Shown here: piece after piece, positions 9,661 through 20,963 of the stretch
Numbering within the stretch: position 1 is the stretch's first letter
Layout of the letters: each line of letters starts with the position of its first letter
Origin: Savitreella phatthalungensis
Lineage: Eukaryota
Reading direction: 5' to 3'
Assembly: GCA_051599415.1 (NCBI GenBank)
Contig: AP039709.1
Coordinates: 62,001-126,000 of the forward strand
Length of the DNA stretch: 64,000 bases
Notes under the pieces: generated by a model
Database searches by the model: none
What the model saw: the letters and a program-made list of their open reading frames with translations, nothing else
What the model was told of the DNA's origin: nothing
Program-made: the position numbers and the translations under genes

Positions 9661-11880
9661 ATGGATTTTTTTCGGCGCCGTCGTGCAAAGAACGACGATG
9701 CTTCAGATCGTCCTGCGCTAGACCTCAAGCATGCCAAGGCTCAAAGCAAATTGCTGTCACGGGGTGTCGAAGCGTTGACGGATCGATCGGTGCGCACCGG
9801 GAAGCGCTCACTTAGCGACATCTGCGTGTGCTGTGGCTCGACCGTGACATTCGCATCGGGCAATGCGTGCTTTCGATGCGCTGTCTGTACGACTGTCAAC
9901 GATATTCGTGGGCCGGACCTTGAGATTCCTGCAGATGGTCTTACCGCCGAAGAAGTAGCCAGCCTGACTTCCAAAGCATCAGATGACGCAGACCAAAGGC
10001 GTGAAGCCATCATCAAACGCATTGCAATTGTTTTCAGTAGTGCACGCACGCTGAATGCCAGCTTCAATAAGCGCCGTTGGCCGACGCTGACAGATCACGG
10101 CCTGGATCTGCCGTGTGCCAGAATTGCCTTTTTGCAGCTATCAGAGGATCCGCAGCTCATGTCCTACTGCACACAGACGATCAGCGCCATGCTAGATCGT
10201 CCTGGAAAACGGATCAGACAGGCGCCGGACGCACGGTATCTAATGCTCCTTCTGGAAATGCCGAATCTTGCCGCCCGCACAGACCGTCGAACTGACCGCC
10301 AGCATTCTGGCCAGCACGTGCTGAAGCGTATCCTTGGCATCTTGTCAAATCTCTCGAACGATACTCACCAGTATCTAGTCAATTGGTTTGTACGGTATCC
10401 GCAGGACATTTTTGCGGACCGTGTCGCCGTCATTCAAGCGTTTCTTTCACACAGGTTGGCAAAACTCGGCCGTAGTGAAACCCGGACTTATGTAAACGAC
10501 TGGCAAATCAAGGCTGCTGCGCGTGTCCTGGCTCTCTTCCACAGCGCCAACAGCATTCGACGCAATCCCTTGCCACTGACGAGCTTCTACGTCACCCTGA
10601 CAGATTATATCGACCTTGGGAAGGATTTCTCCTCATGGAAGGCTAAATCGACTGGGTTCAGCTTCTGCTCGTATCCATTTCTCATCACTCTGAAGCAGAA
10701 GCAGCGTATCCTCGCTCTGGATGCACTCCGGCAACAGCGCCTTCAGCTGCGAGAGGCATACTTTGCGGCGCTCGACTCTGGCAGAGACCAAACAGCCATG
10801 TTGGCTCTAAGAATCCGCCGTTCGCATTTGATGGAAGACTCCATTAAAGCAATCGCAGCCCGAGAGGATGATCTCAAGAAAAGGCTTGTCGTTGAGTTCG
10901 TTGGTGAAGAAGGCGTCGACGCTGGAGGTCTGAAGAAGGAATTCTTCTTGCTTCTTTGTCGTCAGCTATTCGACCCACGTCACGGACTATTCGAGCGGGA
11001 CGAGGACTCCAACTTCTGCTGGTTCTCGAACTTGCATTGGGATCGTAATATGCACGCATCCCGCTACCACCTCCTCGGCATTATTCTCGGCCTTGCCATC
11101 TACAATGACACTATCCTGGATGTACAACTTCCGCCGGCGCTCTTCAAAAAGCTGATTGGTCAGCCCTGTGCTTTGCACGATCTCAAACTACTACATCCAT
11201 CCTTGGGACAAGGTCTACAAAAGCTACTCGATTTCGATGGAGACGTTGAGTCGACATTCTGCCGTAATTTCGTCGTCGAGCGGCGTGACAAGCAGGGCCA
11301 CGTGCACACGGTCCCCTTGTGTCCCGATGGCGAAAACCTACCGGTCACCAATGACAACCGTCGCGACTTTGTCAATCGCTTCGTCGCCTTCACGTTTGAC
11401 GAAAGTTGTCAACGACCTATGTTCCATCTTTCGCGAGGCTTTCATCAGGTTGCTGGAGGAAACGCACTGAGTCTCCTCCGAGCCGAAGAGATCGAGCTCC
11501 TCGTCAGAGGCTCTCCAGACAAGCTTGACCTCGATGATCTACAGGCAGTCTGCATCTACGAAGGCTTTGCAAAGTCGACGAGTGAGCCCCTTGCCGAGCC
11601 GACCATACAGTGGTTCTGGGCCTTCTTTGCCGATCTGCCCGCAACTCAGCAGCGAAAGTTATTGTCATTTATCACAGGATCTGACCGCATTCCCGCGACC
11701 GGAACCGTTGACATGCAGTTCCGTATCACGCTCGATTCAGAGGCATCGGCAAACCGTTTGCCGATCGCACACACATGTTTCTCTCAGCTCATCATGCCTT
11801 CCCGATACCCGACAGCCGCTGTATTGGAGCACAAGCTCCTACAGGCTATGCACGAATCATACGGTTTCTCACTCAGCTAG
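9661..11880 (+). CDS. HUL4: HECT-type E3 ubiquitin ligase (Hul4/Mug30-like)
   Basis: FVGEEGVDAGGLKKEFF, FITGSDRIP and the catalytic AHTCF. N-terminal CxxC..CxxC motif. Confidence 0.88.
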   Translation: MDFFRRRRAKNDDASDRPALDLKHAKAQSKLLSRGVEALTDRSVRTGKRSLSDICVCCGSTVTFASGNACFRCAVCTTVNDIRGPDLEIPADGLTAEEVASLTSKASDDADQRREAIIKRIAIVFSSARTLNASFNKRRWPTLTDHGLDLPCARIAFLQLSEDPQLMSYCTQTISAMLDRPGKRIRQAPDARYLMLLLEMPNLAARTDRRTDRQHSGQHVLKRILGILSNLSNDTHQYLVNWFVRYPQDIFADRVAVIQAFLSHRLAKLGRSETRTYVNDWQIKAAARVLALFHSANSIRRNPLPLTSFYVTLTDYIDLGKDFSSWKAKSTGFSFCSYPFLITLKQKQRILALDALRQQRLQLREAYFAALDSGRDQTAMLALRIRRSHLMEDSIKAIAAREDDLKKRLVVEFVGEEGVDAGGLKKEFFLLLCRQLFDPRHGLFERDEDSNFCWFSNLHWDRNMHASRYHLLGIILGLAIYNDTILDVQLPPALFKKLIGQPCALHDLKLLHPSLGQGLQKLLDFDGDVESTFCRNFVVERRDKQGHVHTVPLCPDGENLPVTNDNRRDFVNRFVAFTFDESCQRPMFHLSRGFHQVAGGNALSLLRAEEIELLVRGSPDKLDLDDLQAVCIYEGFAKSTSEPLAEPTIQWFWAFFADLPATQQRKLLSFITGSDRIPATGTVDMQFRITLDSEASANRLPIAHTCFSQLIMPSRYPTAAVLEHKLLQAMHESYGFSLS

Positions 11881-12396
11881 AATGCACACCCGTAACGACA
11901 AATATCATGCCATGAATATGAATGTCAGCGGCTGCACCGTGCTACGCATGCACGATTTGCCCACTCGTAGACTTGTCCGTATAGCGACTGGCTGCCTTCG
12001 ATGATGTAGACTGGAGTTTGAGGATAAAATAGCGAGGAGTTGCCCGGCCAGTCAAACTGCTTTACCTTGCTGAATATCACCGTTCGTGATGACCGAAGGA
12101 GTCAAAACTGGTACAGGAGTGTTCGATGAAATTATGCAGATTGTCGTTACATAATTGGACGCCACTGCCGCCCCTGCCCTGCATCCCGATAAATTAGAAC
12201 TCCCGGACCGCGTACCAGCAGCAAACCCTAATTTCTTCAGGCAAGGAGACAAGCACGGAGATGCTGTCCACCTCCTCGAGGTCTTATGGCCAGGAGGTTC
12301 GACCCTGCGGCCCTCTGTCACCCACGCAAGAGTCTATAACAGGATGAACATCCTGTTGCAAAGATCCGTACCGACCCTCACGTTCTCTTTCTCACC

Positions 12397-13260
12397 ATGT
12401 CCATGCGCAACTCGTTGACGACAATACTGCTCGCTGGATTGGCAGCTGCACAGCAGACGGTCTATGTCACCTCGACAACCTATAATTGCGCGTGTTCGAG
12501 CACTCTCTCGCTACAAACGGGTCCTGCAGCGACCTCGCCCACTACTAGCACTGTCGTGGGTGGTGCAACAGCCGTTGTCGCTGCTGTAGGAAGCGCCTCC
12601 ACTGCCTCTTCAGGACCAGTCAGCAATCCCGTTGCCGTAGCACCAAATCCTATCGCAGCACCTGTCATCAGCAGTAGCAGCCTGACCGCTGCATCCTCGA
12701 GTACCGTAAAGCCAGTGGCAGGAGTCAACGCAGTGTCATCTCCCGCTCTTGCCGCGTGCCCGGCTACTGCCCAGAAGACCTACAATGGCAGTCCCAACTA
12801 CCCGAGATTGATCACCACCGTAAACAGCAATACACCAAATGCGGTCCACGGCACAGACTACTTCGTCTACGTCGGTGGTGGCAATTCGACACTGCTGACC
12901 TACTACTTCGATGGATCCGGAACGACGTGCACCCTTCAGTACCAGTTCCCGACGAAACAGCAGATTCAGCAGCTCAAGGGAACGACGGATTACACTCTCA
13001 GTGGCAGTGGTGCGGTCGGATTGTATCAGCTGTACGCCGTCGCCAACGCAACCCAGTCCTTCGCCAACAAGCCAGCCCGGTACCCGACTGCCTATGAATT
13101 CGTCCTGACTCCGGGCTTGAACCAGACTATCGCCACATTCCCTTGTGGTGCGAAGGGCTCTTCTGTCACTTACGAGCTAGTCGCCCGTGGGGACACCGTT
13201 TACTCCGCCTTCTACGACTGGAACCCGCCGCCGAACGCTCTGGTCATGCTCACCTGCTAG
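12397..13260 (+). CDS. Secreted Ser/Thr-rich cell-wall protein with C-terminal But2-like domain
   Basis: Signal peptide, S/T/A/P-rich stalk, and YPRLI..TCTLQYQFP..TPG..IATFPC..DWNPPP..C matching the But2 C-terminal pattern. Confidence 0.8.
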   Translation: MSMRNSLTTILLAGLAAAQQTVYVTSTTYNCACSSTLSLQTGPAATSPTTSTVVGGATAVVAAVGSASTASSGPVSNPVAVAPNPIAAPVISSSSLTAASSSTVKPVAGVNAVSSPALAACPATAQKTYNGSPNYPRLITTVNSNTPNAVHGTDYFVYVGGGNSTLLTYYFDGSGTTCTLQYQFPTKQQIQQLKGTTDYTLSGSGAVGLYQLYAVANATQSFANKPARYPTAYEFVLTPGLNQTIATFPCGAKGSSVTYELVARGDTVYSAFYDWNPPPNALVMLTC

Positions 13261-13459
13261 GCGTGAGCACAAGGTTCACCCAATTTCACGACACTGAGAG
13301 ACAAATCTCCAACAGCTTCACGACCAAAGATGGCTTTGTATCAAGTGCGATTTGAGCATAGAATTCTTATGAGATAACTCGCTTGAGGTTTAATCTAGAT
13401 GTCTGTGCAGTGATAGTGCTGTGTCATGTCTTGCTCCTTTTGTATGCTTCAGTCAGGCC

Positions 13460-13780
13460 TCAGATGACTCTTTTGAAAGCATAGATCTGTGCGTTTGCCA
13501 GGTCCCAGACACCTTTCTTCACATACACGTCCTTCGACAGAAGCTCTCTGGCATGCTCATGATCTCTAGCCTTCACAACCAGCGTCGATCCCAAGAAGTC
13601 CGGCGCGCTTGCACCTTCTGCGAGCGTGTGGGACTTGACCATCGCACCAGCAAACGTCGCGACACCTTCATCTCCAAGTCTCTTTGCGTTCGCCAAGTGC
13701 TCGGACCTGACCTCCAGTCGTGCATTTAGCGTCCCGGGAACGTCCGGCACCACGCATAGAAAGTCCTGTAGATCAGACAT
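13460..13780 (-). CDS. YCII-related protein
   Basis: RLEVRSEHL, AGAM, GSTLVV and DVYVKKGVWD motifs. Confidence 0.9.
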   Translation of the reverse strand: MSDLQDFLCVVPDVPGTLNARLEVRSEHLANAKRLGDEGVATFAGAMVKSHTLAEGASAPDFLGSTLVVKARDHEHARELLSKDVYVKKGVWDLANAQIYAFKRVI

Positions 13781-14112
13781 AGCTATCAGAATGACGACGT
13801 TGCTCGAAAGACCGTGAAAGCCTGTAAGGACTGGACGAAGTTGTCACCAGACTCGTCTGTGATGCCCATGTAGACAGCCGGAAGTCGTAATTGGATGTTT
13901 CGTGGGATTCAGTTTCTTGCACGTGATGGACTACCTGCCGCCTACATGGTGTTTCGAATGTGGAGAAATTTAAGCGCGGTCTGTGAAAGGATGCACATCC
14001 CGCGTTACGCAACTTTTATGATGAGTCTTCATACTTCAGCACACGTCTACTGATCTCGACTGCTTTGACCAAGTCATCATTTGGCTTGAGACTCCCGCGA
14101 TTGAACTTATCC

Positions 14113-14958
14113 ATGGATCAGAAGCTTTATGAGAAGCACGCGGGATTCGTACCATTGTTAGCGTCAAAGTTGGTGGCGCTTGCTGCAATCGCACCAGATC
14201 ACCGAGTCCTTGACCTCGGTTGTGGTGATGGTGTCTTGACGTTGCAAATCCAAACTTCCCTGACATCCTCTACCCAGCTCACAGAAGACATGTGTGCAGC
14301 CGCATCAGCTCGCGGCGTCGTCGATGTCCGACAGGCATCCCTCGCAGATCTCTCACAACGCTGGCCAGACCTCCAACGCCGACAATTTGATGTTGTCTAC
14401 ACTAACGCGGTACTTCATTGGGTCCCTGGTCTGAATTTGATACCGGGCCGGCTTGTCAGTGAGTCCGATCCGCTGAAAGGTGTTGCTGATGCTCTGAAAC
14501 CAGACGGCGTGTTTGTCGGTGAGTTTGGTGGATTTGGCAATTGCTCTGACGTGCTACCGGCTTTAACGATTGCCGTCGCCACGCAGTTGACTGTACTGAA
14601 TCCGGAGATCTCTCTTGTAGCTGCTGTCAAGCGAGTCGGTGGTACCGCTTGGCCTTTCTACTTCCCGACTGCGCAACAGTGGAAGCATCGTCTCGAACTT
14701 ACAGGCTGGTTCGACGTACAAACGGTGGAGATCGAGCATCGGGACACGCAGCTTCCTAGTAAGGTAAGCGATTGGTGCCGAACCTTCTGTCAGCGTTGGC
14801 GGGATCAATTGCCCGACGGTCCACATGGAGACGCTGCGTGGGAAGCTGCACTTGCTGTGCTCGATGAAGGCATCCACAATTCAAGCTTCGAGGCAAGCAG
14901 TGGCCGCCACCACGTCCAGTACAAGCGTATCCGATTCAGAGCAGTCCGCACAGCATGA
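14113..14958 (+). CDS. Class I SAM-dependent methyltransferase (Methyltransf_11/Tam-like)
   Basis: VLDLGCGDG, FDVVYTNAVLHW, LKPDGVFVGEFGGFGN and the C-terminal YKRIRFRA. Confidence 0.9.
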   Translation: MDQKLYEKHAGFVPLLASKLVALAAIAPDHRVLDLGCGDGVLTLQIQTSLTSSTQLTEDMCAAASARGVVDVRQASLADLSQRWPDLQRRQFDVVYTNAVLHWVPGLNLIPGRLVSESDPLKGVADALKPDGVFVGEFGGFGNCSDVLPALTIAVATQLTVLNPEISLVAAVKRVGGTAWPFYFPTAQQWKHRLELTGWFDVQTVEIEHRDTQLPSKVSDWCRTFCQRWRDQLPDGPHGDAAWEAALAVLDEGIHNSSFEASSGRHHVQYKRIRFRAVRTA

Positions 14959-15021
14959 TGATGTCTTTCAACGAGAAACAGAGTGACTTTTTGGAGATGC
15001 TACTGATTACATGTCTTTGGC

Positions 15022-16725
15022 TTACAAATTGGCCTTGCCACGCGTCTCAAAGGGGAGCAGGAGCGCTGCCAGTCCTGCCGCCAAGAAAAGAGATGCCGAG
15101 ACGTATAGAGGTGCGTTACTGCTAAGCTCGATGCCCAAAACAATGATGGGAGCGACTAGTCCGCAGACCCGGTTGAACGCAGAACAAATACCATTGCCTG
15201 TACCACGTGATGGTGCAGGGAAAGTCTCCGCTGTGGCAGCGTACAAGACAGCGTACATGGTGTTTTGTGTCAGGGAAGACGCACAATTGTAGCCGAGAAT
15301 GGCGGCCTGCGTCGTGGCTGTCGTGAACAGGAAGAGGAAGACTCCAGTGAGGAGCGTCGATATTGCGAGTGTGCCTTTGCGTCCGAGGTACGGCAGCTCG
15401 ACCATGATGCCACCAAGCAAAGAGCCCGGCACGCCGAGGGACGAAATAATGGCATAGTTGCGATATGTCGCGTTCAGGCCACCACCTGATTCCGCTGCAC
15501 GATTAGCGAGATACGTTGGCAGGAAAGCGTTGTACAAGGGATATGCGAGTCCGATCGTGCCCCATAGAAGGATGATCAGACCAGTCGAGTAAGCCATCTT
15601 GGGTGTGCAAAACAGAGCTTTCACCTTTCGCAAGCTGAACTTCTCGAATGACTGTCGGAGAAGCGCATTACTTCCAGGGACACGATTAGCTGCCTGGATC
15701 GAGGTATCATTGGGCAAAGCTGCCGGCGCGTTGATTGCGGCGCGAGCCTTCTCCTTTTCCTCGATCGACATATCTTCCTTGATTCCTGCAGCCTCGCGGC
15801 TGTCAAACAGCGCATCGACGGCTTGCAGGTCTGCCAACGTCAGTATGACTGGCTTTCTGTTGCGCTTTGCGACCTCCGCCAGCATAGCAACAGCTTCCTC
15901 ATCTCTGCCCTTCGCGAGCAGGTACTTCGGGCTCTCGTGCATCTTGAAGACGAAGACGCGCAGAATGAATTGCAGAAGAGTGAGGCCGCCGAGTGTGATG
16001 AAAGTGTATCGCCAGCCGAGGTTATCGGTCTTGGTGCATGTGCCGTCACCGACGTAACCGCCAGTGCCGCAAGAGAAATTAACAATCAGTGGCCATGCGA
16101 CAAGCGATGCCACAAGCTGCCCTAGCGGCCAGAAGACTGAGAGAACCGTCAGCAGCCATTGGTGCGAGGGTGGCACGAATTCAAGGAAGAGCGACGTGTC
16201 AACAGGAAGATTGCCACCGACAAAAAAGCCCACCAGTGCAAGCAGAAAGCCGAGACCGACAAATGTTGGAGCACCAGCGGCAGCCGTGCCGAAGACGCCG
16301 GCAAAAAGAAGCGTCAAGTTGAATGAGACCTTGCGTCCCCAGACGTCGCTGAAGAAGCCCCAGAAAGTGGCACCAAGGAGGAGACCGACGTAGAGGGAGA
16401 TAGTCATGATGGAAATGCGGTCCTCTGCGATGTTGAACTCGACGCGGACTTGCGGGAGGATGATTGCCACACCTTGCAGCCAGACGTTATCGGTGAACCA
16501 GCCAAAGCCAGCGAGCACAAAGAGCTCCCACTGATAGAGACCCATACCAATCCGCGCAAAAGCCGCATTCACCATTTCGGACTTGCGTCTGTACCGATCA
16601 TCGACACCTGTCAAATCACCAGAGGAGACGAGCGTGGTCGTCGTTGACTGCGCATCGAACGCAGCATCATCCTGCTCAACTGCCTTACGCGCCAAAGGAT
16701 CTGTATTGTCGCTCACGAGAGCCAT
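15022..16725 (-). CDS. MFS transporter (sugar-porter/SV2-like)
   Basis: About 12 TM segments; SDVWGRK, GGNLPVD, ESPKYL and ETFPAPSRGTG. Confidence 0.93.
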   Translation of the reverse strand: MALVSDNTDPLARKAVEQDDAAFDAQSTTTTLVSSGDLTGVDDRYRRKSEMVNAAFARIGMGLYQWELFVLAGFGWFTDNVWLQGVAIILPQVRVEFNIAEDRISIMTISLYVGLLLGATFWGFFSDVWGRKVSFNLTLLFAGVFGTAAAGAPTFVGLGFLLALVGFFVGGNLPVDTSLFLEFVPPSHQWLLTVLSVFWPLGQLVASLVAWPLIVNFSCGTGGYVGDGTCTKTDNLGWRYTFITLGGLTLLQFILRVFVFKMHESPKYLLAKGRDEEAVAMLAEVAKRNRKPVILTLADLQAVDALFDSREAAGIKEDMSIEEKEKARAAINAPAALPNDTSIQAANRVPGSNALLRQSFEKFSLRKVKALFCTPKMAYSTGLIILLWGTIGLAYPLYNAFLPTYLANRAAESGGGLNATYRNYAIISSLGVPGSLLGGIMVELPYLGRKGTLAISTLLTGVFLFLFTTATTQAAILGYNCASSLTQNTMYAVLYAATAETFPAPSRGTGNGICSAFNRVCGLVAPIIVLGIELSSNAPLYVSASLFLAAGLAALLLPFETRGKANL

Positions 16726-16789
16726 GATCTAGGATCGTTGCTGAGAATGATCACTTTGGGGGGGCGATGACGATTCAAATTGTCCGGGG

Positions 16790-16817
16790 GAGAAGAGAGA
16801 GAGAGACAGAGAGAGAG
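16790..16817. repeat. Imperfect (GA)n microsatellite
   Basis: gagaagagagagagagacagagagagag in the 5' region of the MFS gene. Confidence 0.8.
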
Positions 16818-17678
16818 TGGTGAGGGCAAGTCAAGACACAGAAGGATGTACTTGTGACTTTATATCGGTTAAGGGTTTTAGGAAGAGGATCAAGTGGAGA
16901 AGCAATGCATGGGGAGCTGAGGCACAGCACGATTGACGAGGTTGAAGGTTCAGGTGCTTGCGACAATACCTGGATATTGAAGCACGTTCAGGGAATGCTG
17001 TGGGCTCCCATCCTCTTGTGAAGCGGAATGTCGCTGAAGTGATCAGCCAATAGTAGCTGTCCGGACAGCCTAACTCGATTTGCACTGCATTGCGCCTGGA
17101 TGATGACTAGTCGAATGCTGAGCTTGGTCTTTCTCCCTAGCGCCCTTGCCGATGTGGAGATTGCCGACAAGTGACCGGGTTATTTAGCCTTGCTACATTT
17201 GTTTCAATATTGTGTTTGGGTGGCTGACCGCAGCAAAACTCAAAGGTAATTGCACCTGGCATCAGGGTGCCATCTTCGCCACGAACTACTTAGAGCCCTA
17301 CTTCCTGACGTTGGTAGCGGTTGCGGGAGTGATCGAATGACGTGGTCTAAATAAGCAAGTATAGGAGTCAAGGAAGGTGAAGTCTCAATTGGGCAATGAC
17401 GACGAAGTCCACCGAAGCCAGAAAGCACAAGGCATTTTTCAATGTAAGTTGTGCTATTGGACGCCATGCTCATACGATAGCGCCACTGGCGATCGCTACG
17501 CTGCCCTTGCAATAGCTCAAAGGGCAGGCTGGTGGCGATCATCATATTTTGCGCCGGAAGATTTCAGATCTTCGAATGCACGATCTGTCATGCACGTGTA
17601 CAAATTCTGCAGGTCTCCTCCTGAGATGCGCATTCATTGACAATGCACGTCTTTGTAGAGGAGGAAGTTGTTTTCGTG

Positions 17679-19382
17679 CTAGTAGGTGAATGATTCCTGC
17701 TCAATCGCCGTGCCAGGTAGCCATTCGGCTAGAGATTTTGAAAGAGGCGCAGGTCCACAGAAAAGTACTTTTCGCTCCTTGAGGTCCTTTACATTTTCGA
17801 CGTCCTGCTTCGTTAGCCTCTTGTCTGGCGAGAAGAACTGAACACGATCAGCTCGAGGACAATGGTCGAATTGCTTGGCCAGTGTTTCGTCGTCTCCTCT
17901 GCCAGCATATAGTACGATGACGTCTGATCCCTTTGCTACACCACCGTCCTCGCCGAGTAATGGCAAGAATGGTGTAATGCCAATGCCACCTGCGACGACC
18001 AGCAATTTGCTCTTCCTTCCGATGTGTTCGCTTGCAAAATCTCCATCGACGCCTAGGAACGGTACAGAGAGCTCATGAGCAACTGTGGTCCGATTCAAGA
18101 AACCCGAGACTCTACCAGCTTTCCGCACGGTGATCTCGAGCTCGTCACTCGTCTCACCTTCCTGTGGAGGCGTGCCTGAGATGGTCCATGCTCGGACGTA
18201 TGTCTCGTTGAGACTCTTCGGGTCGTCGTCATCCATGTGAGCATAACCAGCATGGAGTTCGTCGCGGAAGTCGAAAATTGCGTGCTGTCCAGCTTTCCAT
18301 GAAAAGGGCTTTGATAGCTTCCAGGTATACCGCGTGCATGAAGGAGTGATCGACTGCTTTTTGATGAGCTTGGCAGTTGTGTCACTCCTCGGAGGTGGTG
18401 CACGTGCGCCTTCACTCGTCAGTTTGTAGACCGGTGGATTGTATGGGCTTGGCTGGACCGCTGATGACTGCTCGAGTTGCAACGACGCAGCGGCGTAGAT
18501 GAACTCATCTACTTCTACCTCTGTCAGCCGTTGAGTGCCGGGCATCAGCTTGCCTGCTTCTTCTCCGAACACATTCCTTGCCGATCCAGTGATGTATAGT
18601 GCATTGCCAGACACAAAGCATGGGAAGAATAGACCGACCAGACGATCAGACTCGATATTGCCCAGCGATTGGTACAGATTGTTGCCAGAAAAGTCTGGCA
18701 CGTATAGCTTCGTTGCATCCTCGCTGGCTCTGACGAAGCCAATCGGGCCGCCACGGTGGTTGACATCCATGTCCGACAGCTCACCTGCTTGTCCATCGTG
18801 CTTACTTGCCATGAACATTGTGTCACATGCTGCCACATGATTGATCGCATCGTCTGAGAGGCTAGCAGATCCACGCTTCACCTCAACATCCTCTTGGGAT
18901 CGCGTCTTGAATTCCAGTCGACGTACGTTGATGTACTTTGGGCAGTTTCCAAGCGACTGCTCCGTTTCAATTAGCACCTGTAGCTCACCGTTATCCTCCG
19001 AATGTTTGAACATTCCCTTTGGTACACGACCAAATACCTTGTTGCGCCTCCGTGTCTCGAACTCTATACCCAGTCCTGCAATGCGGCCATCTCCTGCAAG
19101 CAAGTTAGCCGGCAGCGGATCCCCGGCATGTGGCTTTGCGACAAAGGCGAGGTGGTTTGGTGAGAGGGCACGGTGAAATCCACGCGGACCGCACACCATA
19201 CCGGCCCATGGCCTCCCTTGTCCGTCAATCGTGCCGCACGCAAAGTATGGCAAGGACGAGAAGAAATGCTGATGTTGTGGAGGCATTGACCGCATGATAT
19301 TGACATTCTTCACCATCGCATCATTTTGCACGCCAAGCTTCACTTGCACAGCACGCTCGCCGGTATGCCATGCAGGCGACAT
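17679..19382 (-). CDS. Oxidoreductase: tandem pyridoxamine-5'-phosphate-oxidase-like FMN-binding domains fused to an FNR-like FAD/NAD-binding domain
   Basis: WHTGE, TRRRNK, LGNCPKYI, NHRGGPIGFVR, RAWTIS, AGGIGITPF, CGP and the C-terminal ESFTY. Confidence 0.9.
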   Translation of the reverse strand: MSPAWHTGERAVQVKLGVQNDAMVKNVNIMRSMPPQHQHFFSSLPYFACGTIDGQGRPWAGMVCGPRGFHRALSPNHLAFVAKPHAGDPLPANLLAGDGRIAGLGIEFETRRRNKVFGRVPKGMFKHSEDNGELQVLIETEQSLGNCPKYINVRRLEFKTRSQEDVEVKRGSASLSDDAINHVAACDTMFMASKHDGQAGELSDMDVNHRGGPIGFVRASEDATKLYVPDFSGNNLYQSLGNIESDRLVGLFFPCFVSGNALYITGSARNVFGEEAGKLMPGTQRLTEVEVDEFIYAAASLQLEQSSAVQPSPYNPPVYKLTSEGARAPPPRSDTTAKLIKKQSITPSCTRYTWKLSKPFSWKAGQHAIFDFRDELHAGYAHMDDDDPKSLNETYVRAWTISGTPPQEGETSDELEITVRKAGRVSGFLNRTTVAHELSVPFLGVDGDFASEHIGRKSKLLVVAGGIGITPFLPLLGEDGGVAKGSDVIVLYAGRGDDETLAKQFDHCPRADRVQFFSPDKRLTKQDVENVKDLKERKVLFCGPAPLSKSLAEWLPGTAIEQESFTY

Positions 19383-19904
19383 GTCCTTCAGATTCCTATC
19401 CGATCAACTTTGTAGGTAGTCATGTAGTTATATGGGTAGAATGAGAGAACCGTTCTCAATGAACGTAGACGTCAGATCATGTGGGGAGATTCCGCAAAGC
19501 CCGGAAATTGCGTATTTTATTGTACCATAACTGGAACGGGAGGCACTCCAACCCACCAATCCGCGCGGGAATCACCACATGCAGCCATTTCGTGGATGAG
19601 CTGGTGAAGGCAAACCCGAACTGTCAAATCGGAAGTGACAGAGCTTCTGACTGTCCAGCCTACCCACCAACGAGTGATAGATGTAAGCATGCCGATGGAA
19701 AGTCGACATTCACACATGATGGTCAATCACTTCTTCAGCTTAGCACACGTTGGTCAGCGATTTCTTTAGCTGAGCACACGATGAACGATGCAAGCGAACG
19801 CTTGTCGACTTCGTTCTTGACGACGTGTGACCCAGAAAGGGTGAAGGACACACTAGAGGAATAGTATTAACTTTTACACACCGTTGCTTGATAGACAATT
19901 CCCG

Positions 19905-20963
19905 CTACAACCTCCGGTAGACTCGCGCAAAGTAGGCAACGTTCTCCATATCAAGAGAATAACGCAGCTGCTTGTCAACTCTGTACCATCGTCGGTCTAG
20001 ACCGTAGACCTGCTCAAATCCTGGCAAATGATCCCAGAACTTGTACACCATTACGCCAGCATCTCCTCCGGCCAACTGTACCTCAGAAAGGTCTCCAGCA
20101 GACTCAACGAGTAGAACGTGCGCACCGACAGGCAGAAACTTGAGACAAGCACCAATTAAAGCCATAGTCTTCGTCTTCGACGCAGCAAATAGCTCGTTGA
20201 AGACAAACATGAAAGTGAGCAAATGTGTCCTTGAGAGCAGGGTGGCGAACTCCGGCGAAGAGCTCCACTCTAGGACACTTTGCCTGTGATAGTTGACCAC
20301 TGGTCCGTTGTCGTCATTCTCACCGAGCTCGACTAAGAACGTCTCATAGTCAGCGTAATCAACCACGTCCAGCTGCAAGTCGACATTCAGGCGTGTTGGC
20401 AACGAGTCATCCTCGTCTTCCTGCTGCGCATTTGCCTCCTCGTCCGCAACGAACTGATGCAGAAGTTGCAATGCGCAGAGCTCCGATCCGACGCCTGCAC
20501 CGACAGCTGTGATCCTTCTGATCTGTCTCGACTCGTGAATTTGCGCTTCTTGCTGCTTGAGCTGTTTGCGCTCTGAGGGACGCAACCTCTGGTTGACCTC
20601 GACAGGTGGATAAAGAAGATCGAGGATTGGCTTATCCTGAAACAACTGTGCATAGGCTAGCGCACGTGAGGGCATGTACCTGAGCGCATAGATCTTGGCG
20701 AGCTCAGCATCATTGAAGACCTGGTCATACTCACGCCTAAAAAAGTAGCCTTTGATGCTCTGCAACTTCGCATTATAACCTCGAGCTGAGACAATCTCGC
20801 CATACCGCGCCTCCAGCAAAGATAGAAACGTTTGACATGTGTTTCTCAGAGTCGCCACTGCATGTGACTCAGCCTCTGATGGTGCCGCTTTTGCCTTTGT
20901 GCCTGGCTTCGGTCTACTAGGCATTCGACGGAACATGCGCGTCCCATCCTGGCGCGACGGCAT
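19905..20963 (-). CDS. BMT6: 25S rRNA m3U methyltransferase Bmt6-like (DUF3115); start codon uncertain
   Basis: LQSIKGYFFRREY, YALRYMPSRALAY, VGAGVGSE, FVFNELF, ESAGDLS and RWYR..LRY. Confidence 0.82.
   Translation of the reverse strand: MPSRQDGTRMFRRMPSRPKPGTKAKAAPSEAESHAVATLRNTCQTFLSLLEARYGEIVSARGYNAKLQSIKGYFFRREYDQVFNDAELAKIYALRYMPSRALAYAQLFQDKPILDLLYPPVEVNQRLRPSERKQLKQQEAQIHESRQIRRITAVGAGVGSELCALQLLHQFVADEEANAQQEDEDDSLPTRLNVDLQLDVVDYADYETFLVELGENDDNGPVVNYHRQSVLEWSSSPEFATLLSRTHLLTFMFVFNELFAASKTKTMALIGACLKFLPVGAHVLLVESAGDLSEVQLAGGDAGVMVYKFWDHLPGFEQVYGLDRRWYRVDKQLRYSLDMENVAYFARVYRRL

Noticed and set aside
12223..12231. AAACCCTAA telomere-like motif
   Set aside because: Single copy in a promoter, not an array.
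12277..12316. GGTTCGACCC B-box/tRNA T-loop-like motif
   Set aside because: The T-stem does not pair and no cloverleaf can be drawn.
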